Of a stretch of 64,000 nucleotides of DNA, positions 49,884 through 62,467 are shown piece by piece. The DNA is from Guillardia theta CCMP2712 (lineage: Eukaryota; Protista; Cryptophyta). The notes under the pieces are model-generated. The model saw only the letters and a program-made list of their open reading frames with translations, made no database searches and was not told the DNA's origin. The DNA lies in the NCBI RefSeq assembly GCF_000315625.1, contig NW_005434663.1:587882-651881 (forward strand), written 5' to 3'. Every line of letters starts with the position of its first letter. Position 1 is the first letter of the stretch. The position numbers and the translations under genes were made by a program.

Positions 49884-51582
49884 TCAATTCTTGTTGTTCT
49901 TCATCTTTTCCTTCATCTTTGCAATGTTTTCCATCCTCGTTTCGGCGGTAAGCGACAGAATTCGCATGAGATCCAGTCTTTGAGATTCGCTATCCTCGCA
50001 GACGGACAAGAAGTTCTGCAAGCAAGTTAGAACCAAGCTTGCATCCACCTGGACAGGTGTCTCACCGGTACTTTGAGCTCGAAGCAGCGGCAGTCAGTGT
50101 GTGCGACCACATCGCATGCTCTTTTGCAGTCATCGTCGGAGTTCTCCAGCAATTTTCCACACATGGAAATGAAAGCGATCTCGCCAAAGAAGTCGCCTGA
50201 GAAAACATGTCAAAACTACAAGAAGATCAGAGCAGCAAGATTGCTCACCAGTGGAAAGCTCTTGGGCAATTTCACCTCGAAACATTGCATACGCGACTCC
50301 CGTGTCGATGAAGTACATGCTGTCGCCAACAGATCCTTGCTTGACAATGATATCACCAGCCTGGAATTTCACCTGAATTCAAGGAGTCACAAGGGGAAAC
50401 AAAGGATGTTCGCAAAAATACCTCGCGAAGCTTCTTCACAACAATGTTCAATACTTTATAAGACATCCGGCTGAAGAAGGCAAATTGTCTCCATGAGGCT
50501 TTGTACAACTTCACTTCACTCGATGTGCTCTCTGAAACCTGGTCGTTCCCAGCAGCAATGGTTGTGCCCTTCTGTGCAGCTCCATACATTACTAGTGCTC
50601 CAACCCACTTCAATGCGTCAACAGGCTCATTGAAGCAGATCCTGAGAGAGTTGTTAGGATCATCACTCGCATCGACGTTGGTTGAGATGATGACTTCGCA
50701 TGATGCATTGCTAGGAGAGTAGACTTCGAGTTCTTTGACATTCAGTTTTCCCATTTCAATGTCAGCATTTCTTCCATCCATGATCTTCAAGAAGCCATCC
50801 CGCTCAAGAAGGCAGAAGATCTGAATTCCTTCATTCGAGTCTTGCAATGTCTTCATATCAGCCCAGGCGTACAGTTCAGGCAACATCGAGGTCGAGGAAT
50901 TCTGTGACGGGCTGGTGGTAGATTCAGATTGATGTGCCCATTCATTGCATGATGAGTTCATAGTTTCTTCAGCGCAATACTTCTTGTAGAGAGGATCTGG
51001 GGAGGTAGCACGTGGAGACCTGTATCCAAGGAAAGAGCGCTGAAGCTGTCGCCTTAGTTCACCTCTGGTAGAATCGTTGAGGCATCCTTCTTTCTCCCAT
51101 AGTCGCTGCCAGGAAGGCACATCCTCTTCTTCTACTTCAGGCAGGGAATGTGACCTTGCCAAACGTGGTGCCTCCGCCCGCCCACGGCAGTCGTGAACCA
51201 CCTTCTGAGCCCTGTAGATGTCGGACTCAGAACCAGACCTGAACAGCGCAGAAAAAGTGAGTGACCTGCACATGACAGGCAGTGAACTATGAAGATACCT
51301 TGCTCTATGAGCCATTTGGTTGCTTGGCGCCGCAGAAGCAGATCTTGTAAATTGCCTCTCTGAATTGAGAGTGGGCGGTAGTTGAGGTTTCGGCGATTGC
51401 ACTGAAGGTTGCTTGTGGTTTTCAATCTCCTTGGCTCTCCTTCGTGCCATCATCACGCTAGAGAGGACAGACGCTTCTAGCTGGTTGAACTTGTCCTTTC
51501 CTTGGTGCTGCATGTCGAAAACTGAACTCATAGAGTGACTGAACGCCTCTGGTTTGCGCGTCAAGAAATCGCTCCTTGTCAT
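49884..51582 (-). CDS. PH-like domain + cyclic-nucleotide-binding domain protein
   Basis: PH-like: FCLLERDGFLKI..GKLNV..LRICFNEPVDALKWVGAL. cNMP: FFSRM..VKFQAGDIIVKQGSVGDSMYFIDTG..LSTG|DFFGEIAF..KRACDVVAHTDCRCFEL. Stop TGA at 49884-49886. Confidence 0.82.
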
Positions 51583-53345
51583 TGTCAGAATCCGTGTAAG
51601 ATGCTGCTCCTGGAATATGAATGGGAGATACAGATAGGAAGAGGATTGCAAGAGCAGAACACAGGGAGCCGGCCGCGTGTCCTTATGGAAGGATCAAGAG
51701 AGTTTGCGAGATCGAGTGAGAGCGGCTGAGGACGACGTACGACAGAAGAGGAGAGGAGCGGAGGTCAGCAAGTTTCCCCTGCGACTGAAATCGAGCTTTT
51801 TCCTCTTCCAAGTCTCCTTCAGAGAGGGGTGGGGTGATGCAAGGATACATCCCAACCAGTAGGTAGGGTGATGAGGTAAATTAATTGGAAAATAGGGGGT
51901 ACTCATTGGGTCAATGGGGGGTATATATTTTGGGGGGGGTATCTAGTAGGATATAGCAGCACAAAAATATGACACAAGGGTGGTTCACGTGTTGAATCTT
52001 CTTGGACGACCCCTGGACGTATCTACTTGAGGGGGGTGAGGCCCTGGTCGTGCACCGTCTGTCAAGGGTTCAAACAGGGGTCCAGGCAACAATCATGACG
52101 GGTGAAATAAGGGTGGGGTGGAGTAGTATCTCCGATAACTCACGAGATATCAAATGATGACATTTGAGCGCATTTCCTCCGGCAAATAATTTTTTTGAAG
52201 GAACCAAACTCCGGAAATCCAAACGAAAGGGAACTTCTTCGTATTGAAAGATGGTCACATGCCCATCAGCATCGTCAAATTTTCGCTGTCGTCACGATGT
52301 CGCACGTTCCTGGTTGGCTAATGAAACTTTACCACTGCTGATCGCCTCCGAACCGTCGTGCCTTTCCGTCAGGGATATTGTTGAGTAATGATTTTAGATA
52401 TCAGCGACTCCGATCCTCCGAAGGTTTGAAGTCAAGTTCGCCTCGGATTTCAACCTTCGGAAGATCCGGAGACAGAACCACATCTGAGAATCTCTACCTT
52501 AGAGCTGGAGTGCTGCCCTTGGACAACTAAACTGATTTTCAAATCCCAGCACTGGTACTGCCGTACCTGTCAGCCGCGAATCCCGTCAGCCGCAGGGTCC
52601 GATCACCCGCCGGGTCGTGACTACCGGGTGGAATCCGACTCAGTAGTAGTGAGGGCCACCGGGTCCCCGGGCCCGGGTCACCTCCCCGGGCAGACCGGTG
52701 ACCGGCTTTCACTGAAACGGGGGCCGTCAAGTTCAAAGCGGCCGGCGATGTCACATCACATTGAACTCATGATGCCGGGCGGCTCGACGGTCACGGCGTC
52801 GGTCCCGCTCGGAGGGCCGGTAGGACCAGTCATTCTCCCGGGCGCGGCCCCCGGCCACGACGCCGGGGCCGCGCGGCCAGGCGGCCGGTGGCCCCCGGCG
52901 GACATGCCACGCGGAGTGCCGCCGCTCACACTGATCGGGGTGACGGTGATCTTCAACCAAACAGTGCCAGGCGGCAGTGCCAGGGCCGCGCAGTCTGGCC
53001 CGGGCCGGGCCGGGCCCGGCCCCCGCCAGCCCGCCGGGCCGACTGTGGCAGCAAATGTCGTATAAGACAGGAATTACCCGCTGCAAGGGCAGCAGCATTC
53101 TGGAGGCCGACGGCATGCTAGGGGGAGAGGCGGCGGGTGAGGGTTGGGCAGAGGTGGAGAGCGAGAGAGTGTAGAAGGAGGACCAGGAAGATGATCATAA
53201 AGCGGAGTTTGAGGCAAGAGCTGTGTCGAAAACTATGCTGGATGTGCGCTCAACCAGATTCATCGTAAGAAGCATGCGCAGCAAAGTCTGTGAAGAACAT
53301 GCAGGGCATTCGTGAGCGTTAGAGCTCGTGGTACATCTCGACCCG

Positions 53346-55724
53346 ATGAAGCTAGATAGCTCATTTCTCTTTGTCCTCTCTGTCCTCACAATGAGAGCTG
53401 GCCTTAACACGGCGTTCTTCTCACTACCGCTGCCCTTGACGGGAGGTAGTTTTGGTAGGACTTTGAAGCCAATCGCAACAAGGCTGGCAGGGCAACCGCA
53501 CATGACTGTTATGGGGTACAACAGCAAGCCAAGTCGACAGAATGGAATCGCCATCTCCAGGACAAGGAACAAGAAGCGCCATCTCTCCCCGCGGACAAGC
53601 CCCCCCGCTCAACAGAGCGCGACGACGACGAAATCGTCGAAGCAGATCACAAGGAAGCTGAAGCATCTTATCAAAACCGACCCGGGAGAAGCAACGAGAT
53701 ACTTCCATGAGCTGCGCAGCTCAAACCTGGTTGACTCGTATCATTACGCCGTCATGATTGAGGAAGCAGAGGATCTGCCAGGAGCCATGGAGCTCCTGGA
53801 GGAACTGAGGGGGAGGGGCCTGCAAGAGCAGTGTGCGTGCCACAACTCGATATTGAAGAAGATCTGCATGATGGGACAGATGGAGGAGGCAGAGAAGTAC
53901 TTCCTGCGGATGAAGGGAGACGCGAGCATATCCCCCAACTACCGCACCTACTGCCACCTCATCCTGGCGCACAGCGGGAGCAACGAGAGCAGATGCGAGG
54001 AGCTGTTCGAGGAGATGAGGGTTGGGAACCTTTCCTTGGGGTACGGGAGGTGGCAGGAGCTGGTGAAGGATCTTAGGATCAAGATGGAGACGACCAACCT
54101 GCAGGATAAGCTAAGAAGCTCCTTGGAGGGGCCCGTCGGGGAGTTCGAACGGCTCCTCGGGGAGGGACTGGTGGACACCGTGACCTTCAACCTCGTCCTC
54201 AACAGCAGCAAGACGGCAGAGGAGGCAGAGGAGACCTGGAGGAGGCTTCAGCTGATCGACCTGAAGCCTGACGTCACGAGCTACAAGATCTTCCTCAAGA
54301 TCCTGTGCTCCCACCACAAGTTCCAGCAGGTCCAGCGCGCATGTCATTGTGCTGTCTTGCTGTTGCCCTGACTCCCCGTGTGCAGGCGGAGGAAGTGATG
54401 GAGGAGGCGATGCAGAAGCAGCTGGAGAACAACAAGATCTTCACGCGCCTCATCTCGAGCTACAGCGACGCGGGGAGAGGAGGAGACGCGGACAGAATCT
54501 TCCAGCTTGCAAGGGCTCGAGGATTTCTGAAGCAGCATGAAACGTGGGCAGATCGCTAGTCCCCTCCCTCTCCCTCCCTCCCTCCCTCCCTCCCTCCCTC
54601 CCTCCCTCCCTCTCCCTCCCTTCCTCTCCCTCCTTGTCTTTGTCTTCCTTGGACCTCCTCCGTGCTCAGGTAGCTCACAAGTGCTCCAGGTATGAGTCAG
54701 TGGTACGAGGTCTGCAACTGGCAACCTACAAGAAGCTACTGCGATCCCTCATCGAGGTGAAGGAGCGGAGGAAAGGAGGGCGCGACATGAAAATGAAAAT
54801 GGAGGAGCAAGTGGGAGGGACGCAGGCAGGGAGGGAGAGACGGGGGAAGCAGAGAATGGAAGGAGGGGCAAGGAGAGAATGGAAAGAGGGGAGGGAGGGA
54901 GGGTGCGAGGGAGGGAGGGAGAGGGGTGATTGAGAAAGTGATGGTGATGGTGATGGTGATGGTGATGGTGATGAAATGGAGGCGATGGTGATGATTCAGA
55001 CGACTGAAGGACACGTTGTTCATGTTACTGACTTCCTACATGTTTACAAAGATGGAAGATCATAACAGGGCTGTCGATGTTTTGATCCAAATGCTGAAGA
55101 CGGATGTGTTGGACACGTCGTCGATAGACTTGATCCTTTCAGGTCAGATGAGAACATTCCTATATCACCTCTTGTTGCTGCTTCTGCTGCTGCTACGCAT
55201 CACCGTTGTCAACCCATCAACCATGATCAAAGCTGCAATAAGTGCCATTGTTGTCAATCTTCTACATCTCTTGCCGTCCTCTCTGTACTCCTTTGTCACC
55301 ATCTTCATCTCTACCACTCTCAAACTCTTTGTCCCATCTTGTTAGCAGCATCGCCCGACATGAGTTTTGCAGTTCCCGGCACTCACATCGCCTACGACCT
55401 TCTGCTCAAGCTGCAAGCACAGGACATTCAACTTGAGGCGGCGACGACATCCCTACTCCTCAAGGTCTTCATGACAAGTCTACCTCCTCCTCCTCCTCCT
55501 CCTCTTTCTCCTCGTCCACCTCTCCCACCACCACCATCTCCTCCTCCTCCTCCTCCACCACCACCACCACCACCACCTCTCCAACCACCACCATCTCCTG
55601 TCCCCCTCCCCCCCCCCTCCTCCTCCTTCTCCTCCTCCTTTTGAATTTCTCGCAGACTCTTTCACGGAAGAAGTCTCCGCATGAGCTGTCGCAGCTTATT
55701 TCTGCGTTCAAGCATTCGCTGTGA
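53346..55724 (+). CDS. Plastid-targeted PPR protein
   Basis: Signal peptide MKLDSSFLFVLSVLTMRAGLNTA-FF followed by an S/T/R-rich transit peptide. PPR motifs: CHNSILKKICMMGQMEEAEKYFLRMK..ISPNYRTYCHLILAH, DTVTFNLVL, LKPDVTSYKIFLKILC, IFTRLISSYSDAG. The last exon ends ..KHSL*. Confidence 0.88.
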
Positions 55725-56053
55725 GAAGACAAGCTGACGACCTGACGAAGAGTAGGAGAAGCAGGAAGGAGAAGGAGCAGGGGGAAGCAGGAGGAAAGTG
55801 AAGAAGGAAAGCAAGAAAGGAGCGTATGGACTACAGTTGTGAAACCACGGGAACTTCAAGTAGCAAGAACATGCTACAATCGGGAAAAAATCGATCATCA
55901 CTTATTTTCTGCAAACAACAAGAAGAGTATGATACTTCCTTGTTGTCTCTTTTGCAGCTCAAACCGCATCCCCCTCTCCATCTCACCCTCCTCTCCTCAC
56001 CCTCTCACCCCCTCCCTCCTCTCACTCCCCTCCTCCCTCCTCCAGCTCCTACT

Positions 56054-56297
56054 TCAGTATCGTCCGTAGGACGAGTAGCCCCCAAATCCTGGTCGCAGAG
56101 ATCGTTGGACTGCCTGCTTGAACGCGGGAAGGTTGTCCTGACAAACCATCATTCTCTTTCCTCCCCCGTTCCACCTCCTCCCTCCCCCGACAGCCATCGC
56201 ATGCCTACCTTCATCAGCTCTGCTGCTTCCTTGTTGAGCGGGTCTTGAGGGTTTGGCTCCTGAGTAGCAACGTGAGGAGATGATGGAAACAAGAAGC

Positions 56298-56338
<41 letters not shown>

Positions 56339-56596
56339 GGTTAGTGTCGGAGGACACCAGGAGAACAGGAAGTGGGGGAGGGGGAAACAGGGGGGGATGG
56401 GGTCCAAGACGGGGGGGGGGGGGGGGGGGAGGTTGGAGGAGAAGGAGACCAGGAACAAGAAGAAGAGTCCGTTGATGACGGCGCCGATGTCAAGCACTGG
56501 CTTCCACTCGTCACGAAGGATGTTCAAGCAGACCTTGCCCTCCAAGTCGATATTGGGATGAAACACCTGGAAGCTCTAGGTCAGCACGAGAGGGAG

Positions 56597-56632
<36 letters not shown>

Positions 56633-57376
56633 AGAAGCAAGGAGGATACATCAAATATAAGGAGGCGACACAGCACAGCAACGAAAATAGAGAAAGAGCA
56701 TAGCAATGAAAGGGGAGGGAGAGAAAGAGCAAGGGGAGGAGGAGGAGGAGGTATAGGAGGGGGAGGAGGGGGGAGGAGAAGAATGGGGGGAGAACACATC
56801 ACCTTGGTGGTGCAGAGAGTCTTGGGTGGGGAATGGGGATAGTCGGACGGGATCTCAAACTTGAAGCTGAACTTGCCTCCCTTCCAGAAGCCCTGGGGAT
56901 ACAAAAGCATGAGAGGAGGAGCAGCAATAGGAAGGAGGGAAACGAGAGTAGGAGGAAGCGAGCAAGGAGGGAGAAGGGAAACGAGAGCAAGAGGGAGGAG
57001 GGAGGGGAGAGCAAGAGAGAGGAGGGAGGGGAGAGCAGTGCAAGAGGGGTCGACTGATCGACATTCACCTCGTCGGGCATGAGCGTGACATTGAAGTTCA
57101 TGATGTCGTCGGGGTCCGGGAACTCCATCTGGCACCAGGAGTTCTTCTCGATCCCATTCTTGAGATCTGAGCGCGTCAAACTCCGTCAAACGCACAAGGG
57201 GGAGGGAGGGGGCAGGAGGAGGAAGAGGAGGAGGCACGTCGCTGCTAACCTTTCTGGACTCGTCGTTGGGCAGCGGGGATGATCTTTCCTCCAGCCTTGC
57301 TCCCTCCCTCTGCGGACTCACTCGATCCTGCCTTCTGCTCTGCCTTCTCCTGCTTCAGCTTCAACAGGTTCAGCAT
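56054..57376 (-). CDS. UBC12: NEDD8-conjugating E2 enzyme Ubc12
   Basis: N-terminal docking peptide [11 protein letters not shown]. Then [90 protein letters not shown]; 6 exons. Confidence 0.93.
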
Positions 57377-58485
57377 CCTTCCGTCGCTCCTCTCCTGCAA
57401 GGAACCAACGTCAGGGCTGGACGCGTCTCCCGCTCGCTCCGACTCTCGTCTCCTCGTAAGCACTGACGATCGCAACAGGCGCTGCAACTGACTGGTTGCG
57501 GGTGTTGTTCACAATCATCCATCATCCCCAGTATGATATCGCCTCCTTCCTGTTGATGACTTTGCTTTGCATGGAGACAACCACCAAACTCTTCTCTGCT
57601 TCCTACCACCCATCGACATGCTGGAACTTTTCTGCTCTCCTTTCTCCCCCCCCACCCCCATCGCCCCGCTCTTCTCTACTCGTCCTCGTCACACTTCTCC
57701 TCCGTTCCTGTCTCCAGGCTGAAGTTTTGCCCTACCAAACACAACTCTGCTCATCACACACCTAGTACTCATCGTCCTCGTTATAACCCCGATGCTTCCG
57801 TATGACCTGCCCACTCTGCTGCTTCCAACGCTTCCCCTTCTCTGCTGCTCTCCTGCTCCTCTCTCTGTTCATCTCCATGCTCTCCTCTCTGCTCTCCTCC
57901 CTGCTCCGCGTTCTAGTTCTAGCTCTGCTCGTCTTCCTCCCCTCCTCCTTCCCCTTCCTCCTCAGCCATGGTTCGCCTCTTGCTCTGCTGTTTTAGAGGG
58001 GTGACGAGTAAAAGTCCTAAAATACCGCCGAGGTCTGAATGCAGCCTGATTTTCATGCATCAACCAATATTTTTTAATATATAAAGGAAACTATTGAAAT
58101 TTACCAATATTATTTCTAAAGCTCAAACGAAACCAAACAAATTTGGCATTCCGAGGGATTGGACAAGGAGTGCTGGGGGTGGGGGCGGGAGAATGGGCGG
58201 GAGGAGGGGATAGCCATGCTCGGCCTTGTACGGTGGTAACGTAGGACATAAATCCTCTGAACAGCATGAAGTTCCATGCGCTCTCATGAGGGAACGACCC
58301 CACATTGCTCTGATCGATCAAGCTCGTCGCCCCGCTGCATCCTCCCTCACTCCCCACAGCCTCGGCTCCTCTTCCGTCCTCTCCCCACAGACGACATCGA
58401 GCAGCGATGGGAGGAAAAGACATCTTCACTTTCTTTAAACAAAATTCAAGCAATTGTGGGCGTCAACCACGGATCAATATCAAAT

Positions 58486-60428
58486 CTATTTCTTGGCGGC
58501 AGGAGCAGCTTCCGTCTGCCAGGGCGTCAGAGGGAGCAGGAGCGATGGGGGCAGGCTTCACCTTAGCAGCTCCCTTGGCAGCAGGGGCAGGGGCAGCGGC
58601 CTTGGGTGCCTCAACCTGGGCGAGTTAGGGGGGAAGAGGAGGCAGAGGGGCAGCCACCTTAGGGGCCTCCTGCTTCTTAGGGGCCTCCTGTCGTGTTGTC
58701 AGACAGGGAGGGAGGAGGAGGAGGAGGGCACTTGCCTTGGGAGCAGGGGTGAGGCTAGCAAGCTTCTTCTCCTCGGAGGTGACGACGGAAGCCTTCTTGT
58801 CGAACTCACCCTTGAGCTTCGACTGCTCCGACTTGAGCTTCGACTCCTCCTGCTTGATCTTCTTGACCTGCGGGGGGATGTGAGGAAAGGACATCTTGCT
58901 GCCTTGACCTCCAACCTCGTTCTCGATGTTGCCGATGTCATTCAGAAGACGCTCCTGCACCGCATAGAGTCAGGAGACTCTCCTCCTCCGCCCCGCTCTC
59001 CTCCTCTGCGTCTACCTCCTTCTTGAGGTCCTTGGCGCTCTGAGCAGCATCCAGTGCTTTCTCAAGGTCATCGAACTAGAAAAGCGTCAGAGAGGAGTAG
59101 GAGGAAGCAACGAGACGAAGGCGAGAGAGAGAGAGAGAGAACAAGTCATGGCAGGGAGTGAGAGAACAAGTCATGGCAGGGAGTGAGAGAACAAGTCATG
59201 GCAGGGAAGGGGGGTAAGGGAAGGTGTGGATGAAGTTGTGGAGGAAAATAGAGCAACAGACCTTGCTGGTGCTGGAGATCAACCTCTCGGAGAGCTTCTT
59301 GAGCTCGCCAGTCTTCTTGTCAAGAGCCTTCGACGGCTGTAAGGCGCGAGGGGATGCGGAGACACCTGCTCACCTGTTTGGCGCTATTGGCCTCCTTCTT
59401 GGCCTTCTCTACCTTGCCCTTCTGCTCCTTGATCTGCTTGGCCTGCGCAACACCAACTTGGTCAGTTGCAGTCTGCACGAGGGCCAGTCTCGGCTGACCC
59501 GCTTCTCGTCCTCCTGCTTCTTCTTCTCCGCAGCCTTCTTCGCCTCCTCCTTCTGTAGCAGAGAGTCAGCCACGTTGCTGACGTCATCCTGCCCTGTCCA
59601 ACCTTCTTCGCCTCCTCTTTCTTCTTCCTCTCAGCTTCAGCCTGTCACACCGGAAGTCATCAGGCATCTGACAGCTCTAAGAGACGCCATCCTCCACCTT
59701 AGCCTTCTTGATCTCATCCTCGGCTTTCTTCTTGGCCTCCTTTGCCTGCAGCCGTATGACCACAGCGGAGCTCTGCGACAAACAAGATCTCCCACCTTCT
59801 TCTCCTCCTCTCGGAGCTTCCTCTCAGCCTCCTCGCGCGCCTTCTTTTCCTGCGGGCCCACCTTCAGCTTTCAACCCCTCCGCTCAAGAACAGGACCTTC
59901 TCGGCACGGTCCTTCAACTCCTTCTCCAGAGCAGCCCTGCCACATCGGTCAGGCAAGAGCGAGCGCAGCGTCTGGCGGGTCATCACTTGGCAGCCTTGGC
60001 CTTGGCCGCAGCAGCCTGAGCGCGCTTCTCAGCCTCAGCTGCTCTCTGCTCGAAAGTGAGCTCCTTGGCGGGAGCCTGGGCTGCGACGGGGAGCACGGTC
60101 CCAGTGAGGATCGAGGAAGCGACCAAACTGAGGGAGAGGGGTCAGAGCTATCGCTGAGTTCGAGGGAGCATCACAATCCAGAGATGGTGGCGGTTGCCTT
60201 GCGCTTCAAGTTGTCCAGCTGGGAAGAATCCTGAGCAGAGCAGACCACTCTGCGTGACAGGCTGTTGCGGAGCGAGAGAGATCTGGACTCCCTGCGTCGT
60301 CGGTGTGAGACCTCTGGATGGCGACCGCCTCCCACACTCGCTCACCTCAGCACAGGAGCAGGGGAAAAGGCAGTGACGGGGTGGAGGATCGCGAGCGCCG
60401 CAAGGAATGCCAACGACGCCAGCGCCAT
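58486..60428 (-). CDS. K/E/A-rich coiled-coil protein with tripartite (ER signal + plastid transit + thylakoid lumen) presequence
   Basis: MALASLAFLAALAILHPVTA-FSPAPVLR|ESRSLSLRNSLSRR|DSSQLDNLKRKATATISGFLVASSILTGTVLPVAAQA-PAKELTFEQRAAEAEKRAQAAAAKAKAAK... About 16 short exons, mostly phase 0, ending ..EAAPAAKK*. Confidence 0.82.
59135..59207. repeat. 25-bp tandem repeat, about 3 copies (GAGAGAACAAGTCATGGCAGGGAGT), intronic
   Basis: Visible directly; no spacers. Confidence 0.9.
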
Positions 60429-61139
60429 GAAAGTAGAAGCCTTCATTCTGCATCCTAGTCAGCGCATCTCACAAGGCGTTCAAAGTTAGCTCATCCATGA
60501 GATGTCAAGGACAAAAAGAGTCTCGTCACACAGACATGAAAATCACGGCTGTACGAGAGCTATGCTGCTTGTGCGGGTCGCAACGCAAATATCCTATCAG
60601 CTTTCAAGTCCGACCGAGCTACGAATGCGCATCTTCAAAGACGAGGAGTCTACGTGTTCAAACAGAGAGGGTGGGTTTAAAGGTCGAGGCAGGATAATTA
60701 GGAGGGATAATTTCTGCATGAACACTTCCTATCGATGCCCTCCCAATAGGAATGCTATGTTTTCCTTGCGCATCGTCCTCCACTGTCCTGGTCAGCATCC
60801 GATTGCACGTGCTGAGTCGGACAGAAACTCAATCCTATCTAACTGGCCGAAAGTTGTTCAACAACATGAAACGTTTGCTCTGAGGTTCCTCGCCTGGACA
60901 ACCTACTGCTTTCCTGGTGTTGGGAATCACCTTTACCTACCGTGGCCTGCGCAGGTAATCGTGTCTGCACCATCTCTACTTCTTCAAACTCTCCATGTAC
61001 ATGTTGGACTTCCTGATATCCACTCGAAACCATGTCTCAACCTCGTCCTGATCTTCCTCTGCTATCTTCTCTTCCTCCTTCTCCTCGTTGACTCCCGCCC
61101 TCCCACCCTCCTTCATGGATCCGCAATGCATCGGCCACC

Positions 61140-62240
61140 TACACCCCCACCCCCACCCCAACCCAATATCCTACCCCTACCCTTCTGGACTCAATGTACC
61201 CCTCCACTACCCCACCCTTTCAATATCCTAACCCCTACCCTACATGGGAACCCCCGTTCGACAGCAGACAGCACCCACACCAGTGACCCCAGGATCAATA
61301 ATATGTAGTAGAACACCCGTAGTTTGACATGTTGTGGAACCGGGTACTCAGGTTTCAAAATCTCAGCACCGGTTGTTTATTTCACCCACCCCCCTGTCTA
61401 GGCCCTACCTTGTGGAATCCAATACACGGGTGGGGAGAATTCCAGGATCCTAGGGGTGATTGGTACCACCGGTCATCACAGTTTTACAGTGAATCCCCTA
61501 TAGAAACCACCCGTGTGTAACCACCCCCACCTTCATGAATGTGCCTGTCCCACACCTCTTGCATACTGATCTCCGACTGGTGCTGAGGGTCCAGTACCCT
61601 ACCTTGTATCTTTACAAATCTCCAGTACCCTACCCCTTTGTTTGATCGAGGCTTAAGACCAAAGCCCTAGAGTTGCTACATACCATTTATTCATTATTGA
61701 AAGAAATAGATTATGTAAGAGCTTGACCATATGGCTATCCATATTTCGCACCCTGCACTGAGTCAACCAGCATACATTTTTTACCCCACCCAGTAATTAT
61801 CATAGAATAAAAGGACCCTACCCCCTAGTTTCGTCGTCATAAAAAATTTCGCACCCCTTCCCCTCCTTATAAGGGCAGCTCACCCACCCCTGTACAGGTA
61901 CCTCAAACATGGACCCACCATCTGAACATCCATAAGACCATCCATCAGACTACCCATTATTTCTCCATTCAAAGCACCCGTAATACTGGAACAAAACACC
62001 TTACCGACCTACCCCCATGACCAACCCCCTACCCCCACCCTTGGGTCTTCCAAGGCTGGCCTGCCTCAGAGGGCCGGATCGATGACCCGGACCCGCCGAC
62101 GGACCGGGCCCATGAAGACTCGAACATCCCTGAGGCGAGCCTGACCAAATGGCTTGAGTGAAGTTCGGGTGGACCGAGTGCTTTAACCCCACCCCCTCGT
62201 AAACGATGCAAGAGCAGGGAAGAAGGGGTAGGGGTGGCCA
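61140..62240. repeat. Strand-biased GGGTAGGG/CCCTACCC-rich dispersed element (similar patches at 42420-42660, 51825-52130, 30130-30340, 33540-33720)
   Basis: Shared words AAAATAGGGGGTA and GGGGTAGGGTAC; no credible ORF. Confidence 0.45.
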
Positions 62241-62467
62241 CTCCATGTCAAGAGCCTCCGCCGAAAAATGGCGATGATCTGAGAGGAGTCGCATGGACGA
62301 GGAGCGGTCGACCTCGAGCAGACGCGCAGCAGAATCCGCTGAGATTGGGAACTCTCTCCCCCTCCTCCTGGATCACTGACTCACAGGGTTGTACAAGACG
62401 GTGGAACTGTAAGGCTTCCGGAGGAGATTCAATGAGTGGGTGAGCTACAGTGTGGAGGTAATTGAGA

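Noticed and set aside
52539-53174. Pro/Gly/Ala/Arg-rich ORFs in GC islands (also 30281-30972, 46226-46668)
   Set aside because: Open only because stop codons are rare in GC-rich non-coding DNA.
59135-59207. 25-bp direct repeats as a CRISPR array
   Set aside because: No spacers, located in a eukaryotic intron, no cas genes.
60502-61308. 268-aa plus-strand ORF, and a possible minus-strand fragment at 60600-61100
   Set aside because: Atypical composition, runs into the C-rich repeat, and no consistent splice model.
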